Shown: positions 17,871-28,621, counted from the first letter of the stretch. The stretch: 64,000 nt of DNA from an uncultured Chloroflexia bacterium (GCA_963700245.1 CAVOWV010000015.1:128339-192338), one strand, 5' to 3'. Notes: generated from the sequence alone by a model not told the origin. A program made the numbers and translations.

Positions 17871-18692
17871 ATGACCACCGAGGCCATCCACGACGAGGTC
17901 CGCGCCCACTATGCAGCCGCGGCCGTCCAGGCGAGCGAGGGCTCATGCTGCTCCGGCGAGCCCGAGACCTTCGGCTCAGGGCTCTACACGGCCCTCGACC
18001 GCGCGGAGCTCCCCGATGCGGCCGTCCTCGCGTCGCTCGGGTGCGGGAACCCCACAGCCGTGGCGGAGCTCCACGAAGGCGAGCGCGTCCTGGACCTGGG
18101 ATCCGGCGGCGGCATCGACGTCCTCCTGTCCGCCAAGCGTGTCGGCCCGACAGGCCGCGCCATCGGCCTCGACATGACCGACGAGATGCTCGCCCTTGCC
18201 CAGCGCAACGCGGCCGAGGCGGGCGCCACCAACGTCGAGTTCCTGCGCGGCCACATCGAGTCGATCCCTCTCCCCGCAGCCTCCGTGGACGTCGTGATCA
18301 GCAACTGCGTCATCAACCTCGCGGCGGACAAGCCGGCGGTCTTCCGGGAGATCGCCCGGGTCCTGCGGCCGGGCGGACGCATGGGCGTGACCGACATCGT
18401 GGCCGAGGACCGCCTCACGCCCGACCAGCGGGCGGACCGCGGCTCGTACGCCGGGTGCATCGCGGGGGCCCTCTCCATCGCCGAGTTCCGGGCCGGGCTC
18501 GAGGCCGCCGGCCTCACCGATGTCTCCCTCACGCCGACCCACGAGGTGGCCGACGGGATGGTGAGCGCGATCGTCAGGGCGACCAAGCCGGCGGTCGCGC
18601 CCGCCGGGGCCTTGGACGCGCCAGCGGCGACCCGGGGCGAGCTGCCGCTCGCGGCGCAGGGTGGCTGCTGCGGCGGGGACGGCTGCAGCTGA
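17871..18692 (+). CDS. arsM: Arsenite S-adenosylmethionine methyltransferase
   Basis: Cys-pair region EGSCCSG and LGCGNP, SAM motif VLDLGSGGGID, CVINL, and a C-terminal Cys cluster GGCCGGDGCS. GAGGAG SD before ATG 17871. The track ORF start at 17679 is an unlikely extension. Confidence 0.9.
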   Translation: MTTEAIHDEVRAHYAAAAVQASEGSCCSGEPETFGSGLYTALDRAELPDAAVLASLGCGNPTAVAELHEGERVLDLGSGGGIDVLLSAKRVGPTGRAIGLDMTDEMLALAQRNAAEAGATNVEFLRGHIESIPLPAASVDVVISNCVINLAADKPAVFREIARVLRPGGRMGVTDIVAEDRLTPDQRADRGSYAGCIAGALSIAEFRAGLEAAGLTDVSLTPTHEVADGMVSAIVRATKPAVAPAGALDAPAATRGELPLAAQGGCCGGDGCS

Positions 18693-19123
18693 TGCAGGTC
18701 GAGCGGGCGATGCCGTCCGATGTCCCGGGCGTCGAGGCGCTGCTCGCCGCGGCAGGTCTCCCCCTCGAAGGTGCCGCCGAGGCGTTCGCCACGGGGGTCG
18801 TCGCCCGTGACGGAGGCATGATCCTCGGGGCTGCGGCCGTGGAGCCGTACGGCCAAGCCGGACTGCTGCGATCCGTCGTCGTTGCGGAGGCCCGGCGGGG
18901 CACGGGTCTCGGGCGCCGGCTCGTCCTGGCCGCCGAGGCGCTCGCGCGCGACGAGGGCATCGAGGAGCTCTACCTGCTCACCGAGACGGCCTCGGACTGG
19001 TTCCCGCGTCTCGGCTACGAGGTCGTTGATCGCGAGGAGGCGCGGGCCGCCGTGGGCGAGTCCGTCGAGTTCACGATGGTCTGCGCCACGACGGGCGTGC
19101 CGATGCGGCGGCGCTTGGGCTGA
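18692..19123 (+). CDS. GNAT N-acetyltransferase, ArsN2-like
   Basis: 143 aa. The ATG shares its A (18692) with the arsM stop codon TGA (sequence TGATG). ...GLLRSVVVAEARRGTGLGRRLV...ELYLLTETASDWFPRLGYEVV... is the pattern of the ars-associated ArgA-like acetyltransferases. Confidence 0.7.
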   Translation: MQVERAMPSDVPGVEALLAAAGLPLEGAAEAFATGVVARDGGMILGAAAVEPYGQAGLLRSVVVAEARRGTGLGRRLVLAAEALARDEGIEELYLLTETASDWFPRLGYEVVDREEARAAVGESVEFTMVCATTGVPMRRRLG

Positions 19124-19128
19124 ATTGG

Positions 19129-19150
19129 CCGGCACCGTTCTGGGTGCCGG
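19129..19150 (+). terminator. Terminator hairpin after the ars plus-strand genes
   Basis: CCGGCACC (19129-19136), 6-nt loop, GGTGCCGG (19143-19150), starting 6 nt after the stop. Followed by ATTC. Confidence 0.5.
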
Positions 19151-19440
19151 ATTCGCACCGGTACGAGGCCGGGCCAAGCGGCCCTGACGGCCCTCGCGGG
19201 CGCCTGCCGACAGGCCTCCCCCCGTCATCTCGGCAGGACGACCATCGGCACTCATCGCCCGGACATGGGACGGGCGACACTCGGGCCTGCCACGTCCTGC
19301 CATCGCTCCGGCAGGCACCCCGCTCAACACAGACCGGGAGGGGCCGTGCCGCACAGGCCCAGGCTCGTCAGCATGAGTCGCATGAACAGGATCGATCGAG
19401 CGGTCTGGTCGGATCGCACGCAGGCCCCAGGGATCGGCTG

Positions 19441-20973
19441 ATGGACAACGTCTCCCAGGCGGACGCAACGCCACCCTCGCACCGGCTCGCCGCCGTCACG
19501 CCCGCTCTCGGGATGGGGCTCGCCGTCCTCATCGCGCTGCTCGCGGGCCTGCTCGCAGATGCGATCGCACCCCGCGGCCCGGTGACGACGGTGCAGGGCC
19601 TTGCGGTCATGGTGATCGCGCTGCTCGCGGGCCTTGCGGGCGGGTTCCTGGCCCGGACGCGGTGGGTCCTCGTTCCCCAGCTCCTCGCGTACGCGGTCGC
19701 CGTGGAGGTCGGGCGCAGCAGCCTGGCGGTGCCGTCGCTCGAGGTCCGGCTCGACAATGTCTACGGGATCATCGCGTTCGTGATCACGCGCGGCGTGGAT
19801 GGGATCCTGCTGCTGCTCCCGATGACGACCGGCGTCCTGCTCGGAAGGGGGCTTGGCCGCCGACTGGTGGGCACCACCCGATCCTCGCGACGCGCGCCGG
19901 TCGGCTCCGTTCTCGTCGGCGCCATGACGGTGGCACTGGTGGTCCTCGTCGCCTGGCCGGCGTCCACGCCGCCCGTTGCCGATCCGGACGGCGCCGCCAT
20001 CCCGGGCAGCATCGCGGAGCTGGCCACCGTCCGGCTGGGCGGGGCCGACCAGTCGGTCATGATCCGCGGCGCCAGCACCGACAAGCCGGTCCTCCTCTAC
20101 CTCTCCGGGGGGCCTGGCCAGTCGGACCTGCCGCTCGCCCGGGTTCTGAGCGCGGGCTGGACCAATGACTTCGTGTTCGTCGATCTCGACCAGCGTGGCA
20201 ACGGCAAGTCCTACGCCGCCATCGACCCGCTGTCGGACATGACGATCGACACGGCCGTCTCCGACGTCATCGAGCTGACGGACTACCTTCGCGAGCGGTT
20301 CGACGAAGACAAGATCTACCTCATGGGCGAGTCCTGGGGCTCCATCCTGGGCGTGCTCGCGGTCCAGCGGCGGCCCGACCTCTACCATGCCTGGATCGGC
20401 AGCGGCCAGATGGTCGACGTGCTCGATACCGACCGGCGCATCTATCGCGATCTCGTGGCCTACGCGACGCGGGCCGGGGACGAGGACCTGCTCTCCTCGC
20501 TCGCGGCCGTCGGCGAACCGCCATACCGGGACATCCCGTGGGCGAACTCGAACCTGCTCGCCTGGTACGAGTACCTCTACAAGCCGTACACGCCGTCGGC
20601 GGGCTACATCGCGCGCGGCGATGCGTCCGGGCTCGATCCATTTGGCGTGCTGGGCAGCGAGTACACGTTCCTCGAGAAGCGTGACGTGCTCCGCGGGCTC
20701 ATCGACACCTTCACCGTCCTCTACCCGCAGCTGTACGGCCTCGACTTCCGCGAGTCGGTGCCGAAGCTCGGCGTGCCCGTCTACATCCTCGACGGGAAGG
20801 CCGAGCTGGATGGCAGGCGGGACCTCGTGCTCGAGTGGTTCGAGATGCTGGACGCTCCCTCGAAGCAGCTCGTCTCCTTCGACGGCGCCGCGCACTCGGT
20901 CGCGTTCGAGCAGGCGGACGAGGTGCTTGCGCTGATGACCGGGACGATCCTGCCGGAGACGTATGGGCGCTGA
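19441..20973 (+). CDS. Membrane-anchored alpha/beta hydrolase (proline-iminopeptidase-like)
   Basis: N-terminal TM segments, an LLYLSGGPGQS oxyanion region, and the nucleophile elbow GESWGS. Start at ATG 19441 (MDNVSQ...). Confidence 0.8.
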   Translation: MDNVSQADATPPSHRLAAVTPALGMGLAVLIALLAGLLADAIAPRGPVTTVQGLAVMVIALLAGLAGGFLARTRWVLVPQLLAYAVAVEVGRSSLAVPSLEVRLDNVYGIIAFVITRGVDGILLLLPMTTGVLLGRGLGRRLVGTTRSSRRAPVGSVLVGAMTVALVVLVAWPASTPPVADPDGAAIPGSIAELATVRLGGADQSVMIRGASTDKPVLLYLSGGPGQSDLPLARVLSAGWTNDFVFVDLDQRGNGKSYAAIDPLSDMTIDTAVSDVIELTDYLRERFDEDKIYLMGESWGSILGVLAVQRRPDLYHAWIGSGQMVDVLDTDRRIYRDLVAYATRAGDEDLLSSLAAVGEPPYRDIPWANSNLLAWYEYLYKPYTPSAGYIARGDASGLDPFGVLGSEYTFLEKRDVLRGLIDTFTVLYPQLYGLDFRESVPKLGVPVYILDGKAELDGRRDLVLEWFEMLDAPSKQLVSFDGAAHSVAFEQADEVLALMTGTILPETYGR

Positions 20974-21060
20974 GGGGGCAGGTGCGGCGGGCAGCGCCCG
21001 GGCGCCGCTGAGGGCACGCAACGTCCTCCGTGCCGTGACCATCACCGGGAGCCGCGGCAC

Positions 21061-23463
21061 GTGAGCCGCGTCGCCCATCACCGTGGAGCCCGGACGCGCG
21101 CCAAGCCCCCACTGTTGGGAGACAGCCCGGGAGTCGTCCGGACCCTGTTCGCCCTGATCGGCGCGACGCTCGACGGCTTCGTGGTCGGGTTTACCGTCGC
21201 CCTCATCGCCGCCACGACGCTGAGCGGCGTCGGGCGCGCCAGTTGGGGCTCGGCCCGATCGGCGATCATGGTGGCGAGCCTCGTCACCATCCTCGTGGCC
21301 ATCGGGATCCCCTACGGGATCCTGGTCGGGACCACGGTGCTCGCCGGGCGCATCGGGCGCCGCCTGGACGAAGCGGTCGACGCCGGACGGGTACCGCGGC
21401 GGCTCGGCGATGATCCTCGCCCTGCCGTTCCGAATCCTCGCGGCGCTGCCCAGGACGCTCCTGCTCATGGTGGCGGTGCTCCTGCTCGTCTTCGTGGTCG
21501 CGCCGGTGGGGCCGGGCAGAGCTCGTGGTGCCCGACGGTGTCCTCGCGCCGTACCTGTGGTTCGGCGGTCTCGTCGGGGCCGGCGTGGGCCTCGCTCGCG
21601 GCGCGGCGCGGCGGATCCCGTCGACGGCCCGTGTCACGCGTGCCGCGACGATCGGGCTGGGCGTCGGCGTCGCCGTCGTTGTCGGTGTCGCGGGAATGGC
21701 GCTGTTCTTCGACCCCGGCACGGACGACGATCTGGTCCGGCCTTCGACGGCGCTCGACGGCGCGTCCGCCCCAACCGGTCTCCAGGATCCCGGGGCTCCC
21801 GGTTCGCACGCGTTCACGACGTTCAGCTACGGCAGCGGGATGGATCGTCGGCCGCCCTTCGGCGAGGAGGTCACGTTCCGGACCCCAACGGTGGACGCGA
21901 GCCGGGCGCTGGGCCCAATGGGCTGGGGCGCCGACGAGGCGCGGCGCGTGGCGTGGGGCTTCGGGCCGGAGGCTCTGCCGCTGAACGCCAGGGTGTGGAT
22001 GCCCGAAGGTGATGGGCCGTTCCCGCTGGTCCTCGTCGTGCACGGGAACCACGCGATGGGCGCCGAGAACGAGGCCGGCTACGCGTACCTCGGCGAGCAC
22101 CTGGCCAGCCGCGGGTTCATCACCGCGTCCATCGATGAGAGCTTCCTCAACGGCTCCTGGGCGGGCGACTACCTGGGGAACGAGCAGGCCGTCCGGGCGT
22201 GGCTGCTGCTGCTGCACCTCGACCAGTGGCGGACCTGGAACGCGGAGGCCGGCGGGCCGCTCGCCGGCCGGGTCGACCTGGATCGGGTGGCGCTCATCGG
22301 GCATTCGCGTGGCGGCGAGGCCGCGGCCGTGGCCGCCCTGCTGGCCGGTCTCGACGGATCGTTCAACCCGGCGCTCCGTCCGTGGCCCACGGGCCTGGCG
22401 GTGAAGGCCGTCGTCGCGATCGCGCCGTCGGACGGCCAGTATGGCCCCGCGGTACGGCTCGAGGGCGTGGACCTGCTGGAGCTGACCGGCGGTCACGATG
22501 CCGATGCACGGGCATGGAGCGGCATCCGCCAGTACAACCGGACCGACCGTCGGTGAGGGCGGCTTCAAGGCCGCGCTGTATGCCTACCGGGCCAACCACG
22601 GCCAGTTCAACACGGTCTGGGGCCGGGGCGACCAGGGACCGTGGAGTGGCGCGCTCCTCAACCTCCGGCCGCTGCCCACCGCGGCGGAGCAGGAGGACGT
22701 CGCCCGCACGACGATCTCCGCGTTCCTCGAGGCGAGCCTCAATGGTCGAGCCGAGTACCGCGACTTCTTCGCGCGGCCGATGGCCGGTCGCGAGTGGCTG
22801 CCCGACGATGTGTACCTGGTGCGCTCGGACGACGGGCACGAGACTCCGCTGGTGGACGTGGCGAAGGCCGGGCGCCCTGCCGACGGGCTGGTGCCGATCG
22901 CCACGGGCCTGCGGTCGGCGCGCAAGGCGACGCTCCCTCTGCGGGCACTGCAGGACACCCAGGAGGGCAAGGCGGTGGCGCTCGCGTGGGACGCAGGGCC
23001 TGACGGCGCCACGTGGGGTGTGGGCGGCCTGGCGACCGCCCCCGGCATCCCGCCAGTCTCCGGGGCCACCGAGCTGCGGATGGCGCTCGCCAACGCGACC
23101 CCGCCTGCGTCCCATGACGGCTCGGCACTCGCGCCGCTGGACCCCGTCGTCGAGGTGGCGGCGAGCGACGGCGTGACGGTGGCGCTGCCGCTGTCGACCT
23201 GGGGCGCCCTGCCGCCGCCGCTGACCACGCGCCTCGTGAAGAACGAGCTGACGGCGGCGCTCGCGGGTGTGTCGGGACTGGATCTCACCCTGCGGTCACC
23301 AGCCGAGACAGTGGTTCAGAGCTACGCGATCCCGATGTCGGCGTTCGTGGCCGCGAACCCGGCGTTCGTCCCGGATCGCCTGGACCGCATCCTGCTCCGG
23401 ATCCCGACGGGCAGCGCCGGAGACCTCGCGGTGGCGGGCTTCGCGCTCGCCCCGGGCCCGTAG
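21061..23463 (+). CDS. Large membrane-anchored alpha/beta hydrolase (GHSRGG nucleophile), reading frame broken three times
   Basis: Four consecutive frame segments read on sensibly. (1) TM-rich N-terminus to about 21400. (2) MILALPFRILAALPRTLLLMVAVLLLVFVVAP to about 21515. (3) LAPYLWFGG...PLVLVVHGNH...ALIGHSRGGEAA... to about 22540. (4) GEGGFKAALYAYRANHGQFNTVWG... to 23463. Confidence 0.65.
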
Positions 23464-23487
23464 CTGCCCGCGTCGGCCAGGCCTCGC

Positions 23488-24513
23488 TCAGGAGCCGGTG
23501 AAGATGTCCAGCAGCATCGGGTAGACGATGTCGATCTTCTGGCCCTCACGATCGGGCGTGATCAGGTCGTGCAGCAGGCCAAGCGATGCGTCCAGGTGGC
23601 GGACCTGCGCCCGGTCGGGTGCGGTGGCTTGCCATCGCGCTGCGAGGTCTTCGATCAGCGCGTTGTTCACAATGGTGTCGGCGTCATTGATCACGGTCAC
23701 GATCCGGCCGGCCTTCGGCGCCATCTCCGAGGCGGAGCGCAGCACCGTCTGGCCGACCCGAATGTAGGCGGCGGCGCCCTGGATGCTCGTGTCCGAGGCC
23801 CCGTGGGGGAACGCGCCGCGCACGGCCTCGTCCGGCGCTGGGTCGCGGTTGTCGATCGGCGGCAGCAGCTCGATCGCGTTGAGGGCCGCGCTCGTCAGCG
23901 GCGCGGGGATGGACGGCGGGGCGAGGAATGCAGCGACGGGGACCACGAGGTCCGCGTCCGCCCGGTACTGCGCGATGTACGAGGCCACCAGCCCGCCACC
24001 GGACAAGCCGAAGACGCTCACCTCATCGCCCAGCCCGCTCGCGACGTTCATCGTCTGGTCGCCGTACGCGGCGATCTCCTCGGCCTTGAGGCTGCCGAGG
24101 GGATCCCGTCGCTCCGGGACCTGCCCGTGGTGGGGCGCCCGCGGGACGTACACCGTGTAGCCGAGGTCGAAGAGCTCCCCGGCCAGCTCGTCGTCCTGCT
24201 TGGGACAGTTCGTGTAGCCGTGCAGCAGGACGATCACCTTCTCGGTCCGCTCCCCGTGGTCGAGCAGGCGGGTGCGGCAGTCGGCCTGGATGGACGGGTC
24301 GGCGGCCTCCCGAGCCTGGATGTCGGCCACCGCCGCCTTGGCCTCGCTCCACGACATCGGTTGCACGGCCGATCCATCCGGGACGGCAATGCCGACCGGC
24401 TTCAGGAACAGGTAGCCGGCAGCGAGGCCGACGGCGACCCCGAGGACGACCAGGAAACGCTTGAGCCAGCGGTGCCGGGAAGGTGCCGCGGGTGGTGAGG
24501 TGAGCTCAGACAA
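23488..24513 (-). CDS. Alpha/beta hydrolase with N-terminal TM anchor
   Basis: 341 aa. LLHGYTNCP, nucleophile elbow FGLSGGG, and C-terminal His region. Confidence 0.75.
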   Translation of the reverse strand: MSELTSPPAAPSRHRWLKRFLVVLGVAVGLAAGYLFLKPVGIAVPDGSAVQPMSWSEAKAAVADIQAREAADPSIQADCRTRLLDHGERTEKVIVLLHGYTNCPKQDDELAGELFDLGYTVYVPRAPHHGQVPERRDPLGSLKAEEIAAYGDQTMNVASGLGDEVSVFGLSGGGLVASYIAQYRADADLVVPVAAFLAPPSIPAPLTSAALNAIELLPPIDNRDPAPDEAVRGAFPHGASDTSIQGAAAYIRVGQTVLRSASEMAPKAGRIVTVINDADTIVNNALIEDLAARWQATAPDRAQVRHLDASLGLLHDLITPDREGQKIDIVYPMLLDIFTGS

Positions 24514-24525
24514 GGTCAGTGGTCC

Positions 24526-25326
24526 TCAGCTCCCGCCCGCCGGGGTCGCGGCGTCCGACGCGGGAAGCGCTGCCGGCGAAGCGATCAGCGTGCCGGCGGC
24601 GGGTGCGCCGTCGCCCTTGGGGGCCATCGCGCCCTTGAGCGCGATCCTGGCCTGGCTGACGAGCGCGGAGCCGATCTTGGCGAGCTTGTCGGGATCGAGC
24701 AGGTTGGTCTGCTCCTCGTGGAGCGCCAGCAGCCGGCCCAGCTCCGTGACGGGGTCCGTGTGGTCGTCGATCCGGAGATCGATCCAGCGGTCGTCCGCCC
24801 CACCAATTCCACCCTTCGCCCTGCGCACCAGCAGCGCGGCGGACTGGCGGCCCCGGCTGTCGCCACCGGCCTGATCACCGGCCCGGAGCGCCGCGACGAG
24901 GCGGCGCGGGAACGGCCCGGTGCTGCTCTCCCAGGCGGCCAGCATGGCGTCCACCACCTCGGGACCGGTCAGGATGTTGCCCTGGATCGCCACCCCGGGG
25001 GCCGTTCGGCCGCCGGCCCACGCCATGCAGTCCGACCCCGTCCAGCTCGCGGAGCGGCCGAGCGCGTCCACGATCCCGGCCTGGCGCTGTGAGGCCAGGG
25101 AGTCGGCCGCGGTCAGCGCGGCGAGGACGGCCTCCGGGTCCTCGCCAGCCGCCAGACGGGCCAGACCGTCCGGCCCGTAGGCGACGTTGGGCATCGCCTG
25201 GGTGGAGATGGCTCCGACGCCCGCGCGCGCGAAGGGCGCGACGGCGCCGACGGCGAGCGCCTTGGAAGCGATCGCGATGCCGAGATCGCCCGTTGCCGGG
25301 TCACGCGCCACGATGGAGAAGGTCAT
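24526..25326 (-). CDS. DUF1028-family (Ntn-hydrolase-like) protein
   Basis: MTFSIVARDPATGDLGIAIASKALAVGAVAPFARAGVGAISTQA... is the typical DUF1028 N-terminus. Confidence 0.8.
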   Translation of the reverse strand: MTFSIVARDPATGDLGIAIASKALAVGAVAPFARAGVGAISTQAMPNVAYGPDGLARLAAGEDPEAVLAALTAADSLASQRQAGIVDALGRSASWTGSDCMAWAGGRTAPGVAIQGNILTGPEVVDAMLAAWESSTGPFPRRLVAALRAGDQAGGDSRGRQSAALLVRRAKGGIGGADDRWIDLRIDDHTDPVTELGRLLALHEEQTNLLDPDKLAKIGSALVSQARIALKGAMAPKGDGAPAAGTLIASPAALPASDAATPAGGS

Positions 25327-25360
25327 GTCCGTTGCTCCACTTCGACTGGCAGCCCGTCGC

Positions 25361-27315
25361 CTACCAGATCCTGGCGCGCTGGTCCGCGGGCAGCGCCATC
25401 GGCGCTCCGTCCGCGACCCCGAACGCCTCGGCGAAGGCCGGGGTGTTCGACAGCGGGCCGTTGACCCGGTACTGCGACGGCGAATGGGTGTCCACGTTGG
25501 CGAGCATCCGGGCGATGGCCTCCGTGTAGCCCATCCGCCACATGGTCGCGTAGGCGAGGAAGAAGCGCTGGACCGGCGTCAGGCCGTCGATGGCCGGCGC
25601 GTCGTCCCCGATCGCCTCGTGCAATGCATCGAGGGAGATGGCGACGCCACCCAGGTCGGCGATGTTCTCGCCCAGGGTGAGCTTGCCGTTGACGGTGACG
25701 TCGTCGGCGATCCGGTAGCCGTTGAACTGCTCCACGATCACGTTCGCGCGGCGCTCGAACTCCGTGCGGTCCTCCTCGGTCCACCAGTCGCGCAGGGCGC
25801 CCACGGCATCGAAGCGCGAACCGGTGTCATCGAAGCCGTGCGTGATCTCGTGCCCGATGACCGTGCCGATCCCGCCGTAGTTCACCGCGTCATCGGCGTC
25901 GGCGTAGAAGAACGGCGGCTGCAGGATCCCGGCCGGGAACACGATCTCGTTGCGGAGCGGGTGGTAGTACGCATTGACGACGTGGGCCGGCATCGCCCAT
26001 TCGCCCTTGTCCATCGGCTGCCGAGCTGGCCCATCTGGCGGCGCATCTCGAAGGCGGAGGCCCCGAGGCGGTTGCCGAAGTAGCTGGAGCGGTCGAGCTC
26101 CAGGGTCGAGTAGTCGCGCCACTCCGCCGGGTAGCCGATCTTGTAGCTGAAGCCGGCGAGCTTGGCGAGCGCCTCCGCGCGGGTCTCCTCGGTCATCCAG
26201 TCGTTGCCGCGGATCGCGCGGCCCATGGCGTGGAGCAGGTGATCGACCAGCGCTTCGACCCGAGCCTTGGCCTCGGGCGGGAACGCGACCCGCACGAACA
26301 GCTGGGCGACGGCCTCGCCGATGTCCGAGGACGCCGCGCCGACGACGCGCTTCCAGCGGGGCTGCTGCTCCTGCTGGCCGCCGAGGATCCGGCCGTAGAA
26401 CGCGAAGTGCTCGTCCTCGAAGGCGGGTGCCAGGGACGATGCGCTCGCCCGGACCAGGTGCCAGCGCAGGACGTTGCGCAGCGTCTCGAGCGGAGTCTCG
26501 CCGAGGGCCGCGTCCACGGCCTTGAAGAAGGCCAGGTTGTCGACGCTGACGGTCTCGCTCGTGATCCCGACCTCGCGCAGGAACGCGCCCAGCCGGAGAC
26601 CGGGCACCTCCTCGTCGAGCGCCCCGACCTCGAAGCGGTTCAGCGTCAGCTTCGGGTCGCGGTGCTGCTCGGGCGACAGGGACGCCTCGGCCAGGCGCCG
26701 CTCGAAGGCGAGGATCGCCTCGGCACCGGCCCGGGCCTCGTCCGGAACGGCACCCAGGTTGGCCAGCTGGGCCGCGACGTGTGCTCGATAGGCACCGCGC
26801 AGCGCCACCGACCGCTCGTCGTCGTTGAGGTAGTAGCCGCGCTCGGGCAGCCCCAGGCCGGCCTGCTGGACGTAGGCGAGATAGACGTCCGCGTCCTCGA
26901 AGTCAGCCTCGACGCCGATCCCGAACAGGGGACCGACCCCCAGGCGATGGAGGTCCAGGGCGACGGCGCGGACATCCTCGACCGTCGCAACCGCCTCGAT
27001 CCTGTCCAGGAAGGGGCGCAGCGGCTCCGCGCCCGCGCCGGCGATCCCGGCCTCGTCCATGCCCGCCGCGTAGTAGTTGCCCACCAGGCGGCTGATCGCG
27101 TCACCGGCGTCGCCCGCCGACGCGGCTTCCTCGAGCAGGCGCCGCGTGAGCTCCTTGTTGTCGTGGTCGAGCTGGATGTAGGCGCCCCACATCGGGTACT
27201 CGGGCGGGACCGGGTTGGCCGCGAGCCACCGGGCGTTGACGTGGTGGTAGAAGTCGTCCGACACCGGGATGGAGTCGTCCCACTGTGCGGCGTCTAGCGG
27301 GTTGGCGTCGGTCAC
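25361..27315 (-). CDS. M13-family zinc metallopeptidase (PepO/neprilysin-like), one apparent frameshift near 26015-26025
   Basis: DDFYHHVNARWL N-terminal motif, then NAYY, HEITHGFD (HExxH) and GENIADLGG. The frame changes between ...FEMRRQMGQLG and PMDKGEWAMPAHVVNAYY (track ORFs 25882..27480 and 25361..26122). Start set at GTG 27315. Confidence 0.85.
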
Positions 27316-27338
27316 GAGGTCCCTCTTGCTGCTCGTCC

Positions 27339-27385
27339 AAGAAAAGAAGGAGGCTACCTGACCGCGGCGCGGGCAGGCAGCCTCC
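27339..27385 (-). terminator. Rho-independent terminator (stem plus U-tract)
   Basis: Minus strand: GGAGGCTGCCTG, 13-nt loop, CAGGTAGCCTCC (one mismatch), followed by TTCTTTTCTT. One of the very few T-tracts in the window. 25 nt after the stop of gene 27410..27751. Confidence 0.75.
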
Positions 27386-27409
27386 GTGACTCGTGAACGC
27401 GATCCTGCG

Positions 27410-27751
27410 TCAGTCGCCGGCGCGGAACTCGTACCCGCAGACCCGGCACGTCGCCCGTCCCATGTCGACGGGGTGTCCATAGGGCGGGCAGAGGCGGCGA
27501 AGCGGTCGGCGCGCGAACCAGATGACCGTCAGGACCAGGAAGCCGACCAGCCAGGCCCACGCGACGATCACCCAGCCAAGGAATGTGCCTGCCAGGCTGC
27601 CGGCCGAGCACGCGGCGAAGCCCAGGCCCTCGAGGTCGTCGCAGATTCCGCCGAGTGTCGTCGTTAGCACGAGGGCCATCGCTACCATGGCTGCCGTCCA
27701 GGCAAGGACCAGCCACGTCCAGCGACGCCACCGTCGCACGTCGGGAACCAC
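27410..27751 (-). CDS. Small membrane protein with C-terminal zinc ribbon
   Basis: 113 aa. GGAGG SD 6 nt before the GTG. Three TM helices. C-terminal CPPYGHPVDMGRATCRVCG. Confidence 0.55.
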   Translation of the reverse strand: MVPDVRRWRRWTWLVLAWTAAMVAMALVLTTTLGGICDDLEGLGFAACSAGSLAGTFLGWVIVAWAWLVGFLVLTVIWFARRPLRRLCPPYGHPVDMGRATCRVCGYEFRAGD

Positions 27752-27907
27752 GCCGCACCTCCCTTGGGATCTGCTGGATCGGGACGCCCAGCCCGATGCT
27801 GGTCGCTGCCATCACTCCTTGCGAACGTATCCTAGGCGCCCGGCGAGTCCACGCCGAGCGCCGGGAACGAGGGGATCCGGTCGCGACCGGGCGGTGCCGG
27901 CGAGAGA

Positions 27908-28621
27908 TCAGGCCGGGAGTGCCCCTTCCTCGCCGGAGGCCTCGCGGGCCGTCCCCGGGGTCGACGCGATGACGACCGGGTCCACGGCCTGCGTGTCGGT
28001 GGCATCCCAGGGCTGGGCAGTCGCAACCAGGTCGTTCTGGGGAGCGGGTTCGGCGGATGGCGTGGGTGCGGCGGCGGTGGGAGCATCGTCCGAGGTGCGG
28101 CGGATCGACGACGCCAGGAGCGCGGCGCCGAGAGCGAGGATCACCGCGGGTCCGAGGATGGCGCCGGCGACCCAGCCGGGCAGCACCGCGTCGGCGAGTG
28201 CGATGACGCCGATCACGATCAGCACGATCCCGAAGATGGCGGCGGCCCCGATCCCCCGGTCCTTCTCCCGCGGTGAGGCAGCCGGGGCTGCGGCATGGTT
28301 GACGGCTGGGGCCGGGTCCCATGCGGGCGCTGCGGGTGGTGTCGTCCAGCCCGTGGAGGCGCCGGGAGCCGCGGCCCAGCCGGCGGGCGCTCCTGCCGCG
28401 GCCCAGCCGGCCGGGGCACCGGGCGCCGCTGCGTACGGCGCCTGCGGGATCACCAGCGCAAGGATGAGGTACGCCAGGAGGACCAGCCCCCCGGAGGCGA
28501 TGCCGACGACGATCCAGAGGATCCGGACGACCGTCGGGTCGATGTCGAGGTACTCGGCCATCCCGCCGGCAACGCCGGCCAGCTGGCGATCACGACTGCG
28601 GTAGAGACGACGCGGGTTCAC
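27908..28621 (-). CDS. PspC-domain membrane protein
   Basis: VNPRRLYRSRDRQLAGVAGGMAEYLDIDPTVVRILWIVVGIASGGLVLLAYLILALVIPQ is a PspC domain. It is followed by a Pro/Ala/Trp-rich repeat and further TM segments. The GTG start overlaps the upstream stop (GTGA). Confidence 0.75.
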   Translation of the reverse strand: MNPRRLYRSRDRQLAGVAGGMAEYLDIDPTVVRILWIVVGIASGGLVLLAYLILALVIPQAPYAAAPGAPAGWAAAGAPAGWAAAPGASTGWTTPPAAPAWDPAPAVNHAAAPAASPREKDRGIGAAAIFGIVLIVIGVIALADAVLPGWVAGAILGPAVILALGAALLASSIRRTSDDAPTAAAPTPSAEPAPQNDLVATAQPWDATDTQAVDPVVIASTPGTAREASGEEGALPA

